DNA of 64,000 nucleotides from Octopus vulgaris (Eukaryota): NCBI GenBank assembly GCA_951406725.2, contig OX597814.1:77934001-77998000 (forward strand), in the 5' to 3' direction. Position 1 is the stretch's first letter; every line of letters starts with the position of its first letter. Shown piece by piece: positions 12,603 to 25,787 of the stretch. The translations under genes and the position numbers were made by a program. The notes under the pieces are model-generated. The model did no database searches. It worked only from the letters and a program-made list of their open reading frames with translations, and was not told where the DNA came from.

Positions 12603-12819
12603 CAAGGTGATTCAAAAGTCTCCATGTATCAACAACAGCAGGTACCACCAGACATGCTATTACGAGCTCACAAAGAGTGGGATAAACGCATTGCAACGTG
12701 TATTCAAAACAATGGTAACCATATAGAGCCTGTTAAATAAAACTAAAATCTGTTCTTATAAACACTTTCTTATGAAAAAATAAATTGTCCCTATTTATGG
12801 CGACTTTTGAATCACCTTG
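12603..12819 (+). mobile_element. Tc1/mariner-derived MITE
   Basis: 23-bp TIRs CAAGGTGATTCAAAAGTC(T/G)CCAT with one mismatch, preceded by TA; internal frame KEWDKRIATCIQNNGNHIE resembles a transposase C-terminus. Confidence 0.85.
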
Positions 12820-13037
12820 TGTATGTAATGTATAAATATATATATGTATTATTTTATTTATAAAGTGGCGACTATGGGGCCGATTAATATATGTGCATGC
12901 ATACATGCATGTATGTATGTATGTATGTATGTATGTATGTATGTATGTATGTATGTATGTATGTATGTATGTATGTATGTATGTATGTATATAGTATATT
13001 TATAGTGTATATATATAAGAATATAGTATATAGTATG

Positions 13038-13090
<53 letters not shown>

Positions 13091-13170
13091 TATGTATTTC
13101 TGTATTGTGTGTATATTTATATGTATATATGCGTATATATGTATACATATACGTATATGCACGTATGTAC

Positions 13171-13201
<31 letters not shown>

Positions 13202-13446
13202 GCGCATACGCGCATACCATGAATGAATGTTGCTGTGGTGATCGCGTTCTTCGGGTCTTTTAACAATCAAACACTCTCGCCTCTCCCCAGCTTGTATCCA
13301 GATTACCATATACCCGGTCGTATTAACTAATCAGGGGCTTACACACCCTGGTTAGTGGTCCGAAGATCTTTTCTGCTCACCAAGCATTGTCAAACACAGT
13401 TGATAATGACAGATGATATCTGGATATACTGGCCTGTATGTTAGCG

Positions 13447-13525
<79 letters not shown>

Positions 13526-13799
13526 CACACGCACACACACACACACAATTATATCCAGGATCTTGGTGTAGGAAATCTTCGAGCAGTCCGTAGGAGGCAT
13601 AAAAGCAACTTTCAAGTTGTAAATTTTTCTCATATCGAAGTTCGATAAGCTGAAAAAAGTGATTTTGTGGTTCACTGTTAGCAATTGGAATTGCTGTGTA
13701 TGAGAACAAAAATTCAAATTTAGGGAATGGAGCAGGTAAAATCCAGACTTCATATGTTTCCTAGCTAGCAGAACCTTGGCAGTAGTAACTACACAACGA

Positions 13800-14901
13800 G
13801 GAGATACCTTAGTGAAATGAAAGTTACGTTGTTGTCAAGGGATCCTATGTTAACCCGCAGGAGATTTGATCGAAAACTTTCTTGCGAGTTAACATGGGAT
13901 CACTTGACGCCGAATCACACTCCCTTCCACATATATAGGACTGACAGTGCTACACACCATACTAATCATATCTGCCGGGATATGATTAGTACGGTGTGTA
14001 GCACCACCACGAGCGGCCTGGTAGTCAATCATCGGTCTAGCTTTATGACTACGAAGATGACTCATGAGCCCAGCTTTACAGAAGCAGGGTCTTATACAGA
14101 CACTGTATGTCATCGTCATAGGAAGACCCTTACCGTCTGGAAGTGCAACAGTGGTGCCCTTCCTGACATCCCTCCTTACTTTCTCATGCGCAACTCGAGA
14201 TTTCTCAAAGTAGCTGTCCCCTCATGCACAATCCTTCTCCACCTGCTACGGTCAATAGCTATGCTCTCCCACGTGTCAGGAGAGATGCTAGCATCTTTCA
14301 AGGAAGCCTTCGGCAAGTCTTTATACCTGTTTTTTGGTTTATGTGGAAGTCGTTCTCCTTTAGCTAATTCTCCATAAAAGAGTTGTTTTGGCATCCTTGA
14401 ATCTTTCATCCTGACCAGATGACCACTCCATCTGAGCCTTTGCTTCAACACGAGAGCTTCTATACTTTCACATCGGGAGCCTTCTAATATCTCAAGATCA
14501 CTGATCCGGTCCTCCCAATTAATGCCATAGATCCGCTTGAGACATATCTGATAAAAATGTTCAAGCTGTTTAATGTGGTATCGATATGTGACCCAGGTCT
14601 CGCAGGCATAAAGGAAAGAAGAGAGCACACACGCCTTGTACACCTTTATCTTTGTCTTCTTGCACATGTCTCGCCGACTCTAGAGGCGCCTCTCTAGGCT
14701 TCTCAAAGCATCACTTGCTTTCCTAATTATGTATGAAATTTCACTATCCAAATTGCTATATCTATTAACAGTGCTTCCCAGGTAGACAAACTGATCAACT
14801 ACATCAGGTCGTTTACTATACACATAGATATTTGGTACACTATACAGCTTACCAGGGGCAGGTTGGTACATGACAACAGTTTTCTTGAGACTGGCTGTCA
14901 A
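13800..14901 (-). mobile_element. 5'-truncated RTE-clade LINE (ORF C-terminus and 3' UTR), degenerate
   Basis: KKTVVMYQP..FVYLGS..KTKIKVYKACVLSSFLYACETW..RLRWSGHLVRMKDSRMPKQLFYGEL..DRSRWR; terminal C2H2-like VCIRPCFCKAGLMSHLRSH; internal stop at ~14680. Confidence 0.9.
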
Positions 14902-15299
14902 TCCTCTCTCTCTCTATATATATAGGGAGAGGGAGAGAGAGAGAGAGAGAGCGCGGGAGAGAGATATACAGAGACATGCATACACGTCTAGTAGAGTAAT
15001 ACACTTTCTGTTTATCAAATTTCTCTCGCAAGACATTCCTCCAACAGCGCCTATAGTAGAAGACCCAGTTGCCCAAGGTTACTTTGTTGTAGTGGGATCC
15101 AATATGGAACTCCGTAACATTGAAATCATTGAAATGAACATCTCAACTACACAGCCATAACTGTATCCATATTATTGTTTGGGTCTTTGTTGTGTTTTGT
15201 TTGAATTTCTAATAAAGGGAAGTTGCCAAGAGAGCACCTCAATTAAGTGAGTTGCAAGGGGTCGGACAGCCTAGCATTCATCTTCAAGAGGATTTTAAG

Positions 15300-15500
15300 A
15301 AACTGACGGAAAAAAATTACTCTTTCGTGTGGTCGGTTACCCGGGTTCCATGGCTTATAAGTGATCGAGATCACAATAATTTCCCTGACCGGGATGTCGG
15401 TTAATCGCAGGCTTACTTGTTTAAAGTTGACTGGAATGGTGCAACGTGAAATTAAGTATTTTGCCCAAGAACACAACGTATAGCTCAGTCCGGGAAAAGT
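15300..15500 (-). mobile_element. Partial SINE of a third type (CORE-like ttgtgttcttgggcaa segment)
   Basis: Reverse complement reads cgttgtgttcttgggcaaaatacttaatttcacgttgcaccattccagt, shared with 32890-33195. Confidence 0.5.
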
Positions 15501-15556
15501 GACCGGAGAAAAACTGAGAACAGTACTCAGAATGTACGTTGTATAGAAAAATACCC

Positions 15557-15725
15557 CTGTGTGGTGAGAAGCTTGCTTCCCAACCATATAGTTCCGGGTT
15601 CAGTCCTACTGCGTGGTACCTTGGGTAATTGTCCTCTACTATACCCTCGGGCCGACCAAAGCCTTGTGAATGGATTTGGTAGACGGAAACAACTGAAAGA
15701 TGATCGTCGTATATATATGTGTGTG

Positions 15726-15786
<61 letters not shown>

Positions 15787-15930
15787 GTGTATATGTTTGT
15801 GTCTGTGTTTGTACTCCATCGCCGCTTGACAACCTGTATTGGTATCTTTACCTCTTCGTAATATAGCGGTTCGGCAAAAGAGATCAATAGAATAAGTAGC
15901 AGGCTTAAGAAAAAAAAAAGGTACTGGAAA
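15557..15930 (+). mobile_element. tRNA-derived SINE, family A (internal microsatellite)
   Basis: A-box-like (tgg)ctgtgtgg and B-box-like ggttcagtcc; body shared with at least 8 other copies in the window. Confidence 0.85.
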
Positions 15931-16019
15931 CATGTAAACAATAAAAGATAAAAACCCGACTAACTATTATTGTTTTTCCTTGTTTTACTAATGTCTAACG
16001 TTTGCTGCTCACTTATCTA

Positions 16020-16305
16020 AGACGTTACCTGCAAAGGCCAATCAGCTGATTTGTAAAGATCTACTCCCCAACATTCTATAACCTTTATCGCAACAACAAC
16101 AATTTCTGTTCATCTGAACTAGTTATCTGCACACCTCTTTCCCGCAGATCACTTGATATACATATCAGCCGTTTCTCTGTAGCCTTTATGGCATGTTTTT
16201 CTCCCCCATCCTGTGTCAAATTCCTCTCAAGAATTCCCTGTCTGCCCATCGTTTTTCTGCAGACATTGACCTACAAATCTTGAAATAGAGCATCAATTGC
16301 TTGAG
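16020..16305 (+). mobile_element. Highly degenerate LINE 3' fragment (L2/Crack-like)
   Basis: Frames read ..FCSSELV.. and ..DLQILK*SIN, similar to the relic at 34180-34500. Confidence 0.35.
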
Positions 16306-16384
16306 TCTCAGAAGTTTGAAGAAGAGTACAAATGTCATTGTTCACCGCCCTTTCTCGTTTCCTCTTTTTAACTAATACAAAAGA

Positions 16385-16810
16385 ATGGTTTCAAATTTTG
16401 GCACAAGGCCAGAAACTTAAAACGAGATGGGTAAGTCGATTACACAGACACTAGTGCTCAATTAGTACATTTTTCAACACTGAAAGTTTGAAAAGCAAAG
16501 TCGATCTCGATGGAATTTGAACTCAGAACATTAAGACGGGAGAAACACCGCTAAGCATCTTGTCCTGCGTGGTAACAAATATGTCAGTTCACCGCTCTTA
16601 CTAACACAAAATAATCCTTTCTACTATAGGCACAATGCCTAAAATATTGTGGGAGGGCTGCTAGTCGATTACATTGACCACAGTTCTTGACTGGTACTTA
16701 TTTTATCGAACCCTAAAGGATGAAAGACAAAGTCGACCTCGGCAGCATTTGAACTCAAAACGTAAAGATAGACAAAATATCGCTAAGTATTTTACCAGCT
16801 CATTGCCCTA
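16385..16810 (-). mobile_element. Two tandem SINE family B copies
   Basis: Both contain tagtcgattac.., aaagtcgacctcgg..atttgaactca.aac; homologous to 39738-39948. Confidence 0.8.
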
Positions 16811-17108
16811 ACTAACAGAACGCATCTAACAAGTAGTAAGATTAAAACACCAAGGGTATGAACAAATTATATATTAATGTTTAAGATGTTTTAACATATA
16901 TCAGACAATACATATCACTTCCATACATGCACTCATACATAGAGATTACACACACACACACAAAATTGATATAAGCAAATGAGGAATAGAGTACTCAAAA
17001 CATGCGATAAGATGAATGATTTATTTAAACTGAATATTTATCTCACGACTAGAGTTTCCGGCCAAAGATCTCAACGGCATGGATCTCGAGATAAATATTC
17101 AGTTAAAA

Positions 17109-17142
<34 letters not shown>

Positions 17143-17443
17143 ACACACACACACGCACACACACTCACGCACACGCGCACACACATGTACACACATACAT
17201 TCATTCAAACATACACATGTGTAATTCTATTTTACACATTTAATGCAAAAGAAAGTCCTCTTCCGCGAGTTTGGATCTCCTCTGAAACGAAATGAGAATT
17301 AGCGAAAGAGAATTTATTTTTACAGTACAAAATGTATCAATAAAACTGTTTGCTTTATAGTTATATATAACTTGGAAGAAAATCCTCTTTAAATTTCTAG
17401 TCCCCTTGATCTATGTTCATAGAATATTTATATGCATGCATGC

Positions 17444-17504
<61 letters not shown>

Positions 17505-17795
17505 CATACATGTACATACTTACGCATACACACACACACACACACACACACACAGACTCTTTCAAGGCATAAATCCAAATGTTCCGAAATATCAATATCT
17601 GTATAGTACAGAGTGGACATGGTGTGAAATGTGGTGTAGTTACATACCTAATATCGAAATACATGCACAAGTCATGTATATGTAGAAGAAAGATGTGGTA
17701 GTAAATCCATCTCCAAGTATGTAAGGGAACATATATTTAATATATATATATCTCTCTCTCTATGTCTATCTGTCTGTCTGTCCGTCCGTCCGTCC

Positions 17796-17924
<129 letters not shown>

Positions 17925-18224
17925 ATGCACATACACACATATATAGACTCTGTATGCGTGTCTGTAATACATCATCTGCAAAATATCAGATTTTTTGTTG
18001 CTGGCATGTCAGTTTTGGAAAATACTTGATATTATTTCTCCTTTCTTATTTGGAACTGGTCCCAGTTTCCACTAGGAAATTGTTCTACCTTCTGTAGAAG
18101 CAATGATTGAGAATGGCTGTATCTAAATGCCCAAGATATTTTGATGAGCGCGCTAGCTATTCTAATCATTCACAGTCCTTACACATTCTTTCACTATTTA
18201 TTAGTTTCATGATAATAGCTACTG

Positions 18225-18432
18225 ACTTAGACACAAGGCCATTAATTTTTGAAAGGATAGGGTTAGTCGATGTCATCGACTTCAGTTCTTCATAATACTT
18301 TAGTTTATCGACTGCGAAAGGTTAAAAGCCAAACTGACTTTATCTGATTTTGAACTCAGAACGTAAAGAGCCAGAATACATACCACAAAGCATTTTCTCG
18401 GTCTGCAACGATGTCACCAGTTTGCTGCCGTA
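18225..18432 (-). mobile_element. SINE family B, diverged
   Basis: gacacaaggcc..tagtcgat..ttttgaactcagaacgtaaagagcc.. Confidence 0.7.
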
Positions 18433-18721
18433 ATTAGCTTAATAACAATAATGGTTTCTTACTTAGGCACTAGGCCACACATTTGAGGGCTGGGTAATAT
18501 ACATATTAATATATATTGAGTACATTGATTTAATAGGTCAGTTAATAAAATATTGTTATTAAAAGAGTAGCTGCTGAACTTTTGTAACTGTCGACAGTGA
18601 TGGAGTAAAACCGATGGTAGGTCTTTTCTGTTGCTCTCGCGGATTTTGAAATTTGAAAATTATGTGAAAATTTTAAAATTTGGTATATTGATGCAATTTC
18701 TGTCGCTGAATCTGATTTGAG

Positions 18722-19530
18722 AATCTTTTCTGTTGCTGTCAATTTTCTATTTAAAAAAAAATGTTGTCCCAATTGTTTTTATATTTCGTGTACTGATATA
18801 GTTTCGTATGTTAATTATAGACATGAAATTCATTTTTGCTGTAAATTAATAAATAAAAAGTGAACAGCTTTTAACGTTTTCAAGTTTTGAGTAATTTTAG
18901 GCAATCGAAAGTCACAGACATATTGGTACCTATTTCCATAGTAACAAGCCAAGCCTTTGTCTGCTTAAAACTACTGCAACTACGTGTATTTTCTTGACCT
19001 ATTTTCTTTCACGAGTGCTTATTTTCTGATCGTTTGTACAACCTCATTTTTGTTATTTTCACTTTTTTGTTTTCGAGTAACGGATATTTTCAGTTGCTGT
19101 GCTGTCACTACCTTATTTTCATAATTTTGGACTATTGTGTGCTTTCCTGGACCTTTTCAACCTAAACAGAAGTATGATCACAGCCAATTCGTTTAACCTT
19201 TCGAGTATGATGGAGAAATTGAAAACCAAGGAAAATATACGTGATTCAAAAAAGAAAATAGATATGTCAAGAAAATACACGTTGTAGTGGTTTGAGCAGA
19301 ATACAGTTTCACCCACTACTATAGAAACAGGCACCAATGTGTCTATGGCTTTCGATTGGCTAGAATTAGCCAAAATTTGAAAACTCTAAAAGCTGTTAAC
19401 TTTATTAATTCATGGCAAAAACGAATTTCATTTTCGTAATTCGCATACGAAACTACATCAGCTCATCAAACTTGAAAACGATTGGAACAAAAAAAAAAAA
19501 GGAAAACCGTGACAGCAACAGTAAAGATCC
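18722..19530. mobile_element. Old DNA-transposon/MITE-like element with ~170-bp imperfect inverted arms
   Basis: 18722-18890 (tcttttctgttgctgtca..tagtttcgtatg..gaaattcatttttgc..aacagctttta) pairs with 19370-19530 (taaaagctgtt..gcaaaaacgaatttc..catacgaaacta..tgacagcaacagtaaaga). Confidence 0.6.
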
Positions 19531-21400
19531 CCCGGTGGTTCATAGGCAGTTAGTTGAGTGGCGAGGTGCGACCCACAGACGTGGTGTTGCAAATATGCCA
19601 TGTCTCAGCTTTAAAGAGAAACCATAGAGCACCCTGCGACAGGCAGTGATGAGTTGTGTAGGTTACTATGTAATTTTTAGGAAAAATCAGGAAAAAAATT
19701 CTCTGAAATAATCTTTGAAAATACATGATGAGTATATTTGCGTTCAAATTCAAGATGAACAAGAAATTAATGACAAGTTAAAACTAACTTTGAAGAAATT
19801 TTGCTAATTTTTTTATGAGAAAGGAACATTACTTACTGAAACGTTCACGATAAAAGTCGGTTAATTAGCCAAATTAGGAAAACCCAATAAAAATGATAGG
19901 TAAATATGGGAAGAGTTTACGAAATAATTAAATGGCTTGCTTGTGCTTGTAGAAGATAATCCTGCTTTCTGGGCATGCTTACATGCTTTTGAATTATAAA
20001 TAAGTGTATACATACATACATACATACATACATACATACATACATACATACATACATACATACATACAGAAGAGTGGGGATGGTGACTTTAAAATTTCGA
20101 CCGGCTAACCTTCATCGGACTATTCGATTTAATATCTTAGCTATTTCACCTCTCTCATAATCATGAATATCTATTGATAATGTTACTTATTTGTAGTAGG
20201 AGTAAATAAAGCTCAAACTTCACTTCTCTCCTCCTTCTTGTGTACATCACTAGTACTAATTTTAACGATTCCAAAACGGATGAAAAGACTGAATTGGAAA
20301 CAATGAAATATGCACTTAGTAATCCCATTTTTACTTTCTATATTTTCTATTTTTTATATCATCCTTTACTTTCTTATGTAGAAATTAAGTATTTGTTTGG
20401 GCAAGGATGTAGAAATTTGTTGCTAGATACCTTTCTCAATAACTATCACCACGATAGCTTCGTATAGTGGTATACGATTTTGCAATAACTGTAAAAGAAA
20501 ACAGCGAGCAAGATTTCTAATTGGCACTTGAAATAATGGTTTCATATCTTGATATTTTTCGACAATGCCTGGGGCTAATTGATTATGATAGCTGGAAGTA
20601 AGAAGTTGCTTTTCTTTGGATACTAGAAAATACAATTGAAATTGCATCACCGGAAGCTTACAATTTGTTCTACAATACGTCTTACGACAGCTTCAAATAT
20701 TTGTGGACGGCAAATATAATCAGTTGAATGTTTTTCAGGATATGACTTCTACATAATATATTAACCCTATTGAAGGCAGGTAGAAGGCAAAGTATAATCG
20801 ACAGAATCTGGGTTCAATTGTGAAATTACCCAAGTAAACATCTTCTATGCAGTGTGATTTGAGATTGTATAAGATGATATATTCGAATTTCGGAAGATAC
20901 TTCAAATTTCAAAATACATTGGAAAAACAAATATTAGACCTGTCACTTTATTTCTAAAATCTTACGTTTGCATTTTTCTCTTCTATTTTCATTTTATGAA
21001 GGAAGATTTCTTTAATCAGAAATAGAAATAATATAATAGAACTTGAAAGAAGGCTTGGTAACGCAAGTGATTTAAAATGAATAGTGAAGTAATTGCTAAC
21101 ATAGCTTATGTAGAGACTATGATAATCGAGGAGAGGTAAACATTGCTGAACAATGATTAATAAACTAAACAAAAGCAAGGCCGACAGTCGAAAATGGCTG
21201 TTTTTCTTCGAGAACAACTGGAAGCACTTATATTTTAGTTAATTAAAATTGGAAATAAACAGTGCCGTAAAGGGGTAGGGAATAATCTGATTTTAGTTAG
21301 ACTTACATTAGCGAATTATGTTTTAAACTCAGAAATATATCGGCTTTTGCCAGAAATTTCTAAACATATATACTAGTGTTTGATTTAATAAATATTCCTA

Positions 21401-21752
21401 GGCGTAGGAGTGGCTGTGTGGTAAGCAGCTTGCTTACCAACCAAATGGTTCCGGGTTCAGTCCCACTGTGTTGCACTTTGGGCAAGTGTCTTCTACTATA
21501 GCCTCGGGCCAACCAAAGCCTTGTGAGTGGATTTGGTAAACGGAAACTGAAAGAAGCCCGTCGTATATATATAAATATATACATGAATGTGTGTGTATGT
21601 GTTTGTGTGTTTGTGTTTTTCCTCCAACATCGCTTGACAACCGATGATGGTGTTTTTACGTCCCCGTAACTTAGCGGTTCGGCAAAAGAGACTGATAGAA
21701 TAAGTACTAGGCTTACAAAGAATAAGTCCTGGGGTCGATTTGCTCGACTAAA
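21401..21752 (+). mobile_element. tRNA-derived SINE, family A
   Basis: ggcgtaggagtggctgtgtggtaag..ggttccgggttcagtcccactg.. Confidence 0.9.
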
Positions 21753-22207
21753 TGTAAAATGGAAAGTGTTTATGGATTTATAGTTTGTGGGGATCACTTA
21801 CATTACTATTGTTTGGTTTCCTTCATAGGCAATCTAATTAGGTTTTGATAGATAATGCTTAGATATTTGTGTCTAGTTTTGTGAGGTTCTGTGGCATGCA
21901 TATATATATATATATATATATATGTCTGGACAGGTGAATGGTGTATTCTACGTGAGTTGTCGAAATAATCGCATAGCAATGTTAAATGAAGTGTATTTTG
22001 TTCAAGAACATAACGTACCACCCGGTTCAAGAATTGAAACTTACGATCGTCAGTGCAACACTGTAACCAATAGGCGCAATGGGTTTGTAACGGGCAGATG
22101 GTTCCAGGACGGCAATTATACTTAGGTGAATTTTGAGGACTGTGTTTAGTAATATAGGAGGTAGTATTGTCAGAGGTAAGGTTATAGAAGGGGATGGAAA
22201 TTTCTAT

Positions 22208-22336
<129 letters not shown>

Positions 22337-22669
22337 GTTATCATTACTATCATTGCTATTACTACTGTTGTTAATTTATTAATTGTACTATTTGTAAGGG
22401 CAGTAAGGATTGTAGTGGTGTTCCAGGCAGTGTCAGTAGGATGGGTTTGGTCGTGGTTGTGGTCTAATGTAGGGATATCTGTATTCTAGCTGTGTGTGTG
22501 TTGAGTGTTCGTATTACTAGAGTTGTGGTTATGTGAGTTTTGATAGTAAAGAGAGAGCTTGCTTATTAGAGATAGATTCAAAGATAGATACAATAGATTC
22601 AAAGTTGGATGAGGTAGAATAAGATAGTTTCAGAGTGGATCAATTAAAAATAGAATGATATTTATGTTT

Positions 22670-23850
22670 TCGAGGGAAGTTATAATATGGTGCGTGATTA
22701 TTGAAAATTTTTTCAGTGGAAGAGAGTTCGGATATGCGGGTTGAGATCCCCTTGATTATGTTATTGAAAGTTGAAAGTGGATGTGTGGTGATTGGAGTGG
22801 ATGTTAAGGTATTTAAGGTATTGGTTAGGTTTGTGGTAAGGGGAGTATTGATATGTTGATAAGTTTAAAGTTGCGTCAAGAAAGCAGTTTTGTGAGCGTT
22901 TTCGAATGTGATAGATAGGTTTAGGTTAGAGAAGAATTTATGTAGATCCTTTCTAGTTCTTTCTAAGGAAGATTTATTTATGCTTTTAGTAACTAATATA
23001 GCATCGTCCCTGTACAGGCCTCCTTGATGTTAGGGAAGTGTATATGATGTAGTAAATATAGTCAAACTAAGTCAGTGACCTGAGCTGAATCAGAAGATCC
23101 CATGGTTATGTCGAATAGGTTGTTATGGTTGTTGCTTTGGTTATTGGCCCTGCTCAGAGTTTGTTTTCAAAAGAAAAAAGGGTTTTTCGGGCATTAAGTA
23201 TAATGTTCATTTCTAGTGGGGTTAGGTTAGTAAAGTTCCTAGCTAGAAGAAGAGCTTGATTAAGGAGTTTAAGAGAAATAGAAGAGCAGTAATTATTTAT
23301 GTCGAACGGAAAATGAGTTTTTGGTTTTTAGAAGATGGAACCATATAATAACTTCACCAGTGTGGGACCGAAGGTTAACGTTTAATTTGTCCCTAACGAT
23401 AGATACTATTTTGTCCAAAATGTTTTTGCTTACCCTTCCTAAGTCGGATTTGGTGGGGCATATTAGGCGTATTGAAGGTTTGGTAATAAAGTCCTTCTTA
23501 TGATTCTTGAGATTATAGTGTGGAGATGCAGGGCAGTATGGTTTGGTTCGGTCCTCCACTTGTGGTTTCCTCATAAGTTTGCAGTGGTTGTTGTTGATTT
23601 CATTTAGGGCAGATGTTAGTGCCAGCTTGTATGATTTGTTGAGTTCTTTCTTTATGAATTTGTTGTATTCCTCAATGGTAATGGGGTACATATTTCTTGT
23701 TTTGTCCGAGAAGACATGTAATTTTGGGGATGCAATGATCCATTTTATGGTGTTTGAGAGCTTTTTTTGAAAGGGGGATTTGTATTTAGAGAATTTAATG
23801 TTTCTAATCAAATTAATCATATCCGCTTCAAATTTTTCGAGATGGGGGTT
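22670..23850 (-). pseudogene. Degenerate RT of a second PLE lineage (YRDD type, resembling the Hydra clade)
   Basis: SDKTRNMY, LKNHKKDF..PSIRLICPTKSDLGRVSK; across frameshifts FDINNY..SIS, LFDITMGSSDSAQVTDLV*LYLL, GLYRDDAIL, FLDATLNL..PYHKPN..YLNIHSNH. Confidence 0.85.
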
Positions 23851-23870
23851 GTGTGGAGGGTTCTTATATG

Positions 23871-23914
<44 letters not shown>

Positions 23915-23915
<1 letters not shown>

Positions 23916-24262
23916 GAATTGGTTTTGCAAGATTCCTGGTGTCAAAACGTGTGTTGAAATAGATATCGTTATATTTCGCGATGGTAATATGATTTTTGTC
24001 AAATAAACACACTCACTATATATTTGTTCCTCACTCGTTTATTATTGCTCTTATTTTATCTTATGTCCATTGTCTGGAAATCTTTCTTCACACATCTGTG
24101 ACCTCTTCAGAACAGGAGGTAGAGAGGACAGGAGGAAGCACGTAGCTCGAAGAAGTCACATATATATGACGAAAGATTTCCAGACAATGGAAAGATAAAA
24201 TAAGAAAAATAATATACGAGTAAAGAACGAATACATAAGACATGTGTTTATTTGGCAAAAAA
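23915..24262. repeat. Fold-back pLTR end of the second PLE, with two divergent degenerate hammerhead-like motifs
   Basis: Arms 23993-24086 and 24171-24262. Minus strand CTGAAGA-ggtcac(agatgt)gtgaa-GAAA-gatt-TC; plus strand CTCGAAGA-agtca(catatata)tgac-GAAA-gatt-TC. Confidence 0.6.
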
Positions 24263-24294
24263 AAAAAAATTATGACCATCCCGAAAAATAACAA

Positions 24295-24423
<129 letters not shown>

Positions 24424-24452
24424 CCCCCCCTCTCTCTCTCTATATATATATA

Positions 24453-24615
24453 AGCGCAAGCATGGCTGTGTGGTAAGAAGATTGCTTCCCAACTACATGG
24501 TTCCCGGTTCAGTTCTGTTGCGTGGATCGTTGGGCAAGTGTCTTCTGCTCTAGCCCCGGGCCGACCAAAGCCTTGTGAGTGGATTTAGTAGGCGGTGACT
24601 GAAAGCAGCCCGTCT

Positions 24616-24648
<33 letters not shown>

Positions 24649-24882
24649 GTTTTATGTGTCTTTGTGTCAGTGTTTGTCCCCATGTCCGTTTGACAACTGG
24701 TGTTGGTCTGTTTATGCCCCCTTAACTTAGCGGTTCAGCAGAAGTAACCAATAAAACAAGTACTAGGCTTAAAAAAAACAAGTCCTAGAGTCGATTTGTT
24801 CGACTAAAACAAAACCCTTGAAGGTGGTGCTCCCGCATGGCCGTACTGAAAAAAAATGAAGCAAATAAAAGAACAAAAGAAT
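24453..24882 (+). mobile_element. tRNA-derived SINE, family A, full length
   Basis: Runs from the head to the tail ggtggtgctcccgcatggccg..aaataaaagaacaaaaga. Confidence 0.88.
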
Positions 24883-25730
24883 ATATATGTGTGGGTATGT
24901 GTATGTGTGTGTGTGTTTGTTTTTAGCTCGAGTTGTAATAAAAACAGTTTTACATTAAATTGAAGGATTACTCATTACTTTTTGTATTCACATGCATGAA
25001 CCATGTGCATGCACAAACATGCACATTCATACGCGTGCACGCATGCACACACACACACACACATCATGCATGCACACAAGCGACTGTTGGTTCACTCCAA
25101 CGGTACTCAAGTTTCCAGCTCGATCCCCTCCTTAGGTCACGGCAAACATAAACGGCAGAGTAAATACGATGCGTTGCACATTATTCCACGCGTCTCATCG
25201 GATCAGGTTGTATTGCTGCAGATTACATTTGCTTAATAACGGTATGGTTGGTTACATGGAAGCAAAATCTATAGAATTGCATAGCAGGAAATAACTTTTA
25301 TAACTTATCCCCTTTCATTACAAGTTTGTCCAAAACATTTGAGTAATATAACTTATGCATAGTGTACTTAAAATAAATTCAAATATAAGATATTATCGAA
25401 GGTGGCATGTCTAAATTTTTGAAATTGTATTGAGCTAAACCATTTGAGACACACTGACATGATAAAAAAAAATGAATGGCATTATACCTAGAATGAGAAA
25501 ATTTCTCTTGCATATAGTTACCAGATGAGCAAAAGATATTCTGTAATACAAAGTTACCACAAAATCTTCAATAGAAATAATATACAAAATATTCAAAATA
25601 TTGTCGTCATGACATAGGCTCCACAATCTATTATAACAAAACTTCAGAAATCATTCGCCATCCCAGAAGTCTGCATGCAACTTCAGCAATGCACACTGTG
25701 AAAAATGAGTAGCAACAGATAGTATCGAAA

Positions 25731-25787
<57 letters not shown>

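Noticed and set aside
13817-14377. 186-aa plus-strand ORF
   Set aside because: Antisense to the RTE LINE relic; no independent motif.
20240-21230. Possible Tc1/IS630-like remnant (INPIE-like word at ~20760)
   Set aside because: Single short motif; no supporting frame or TIRs that I could verify.
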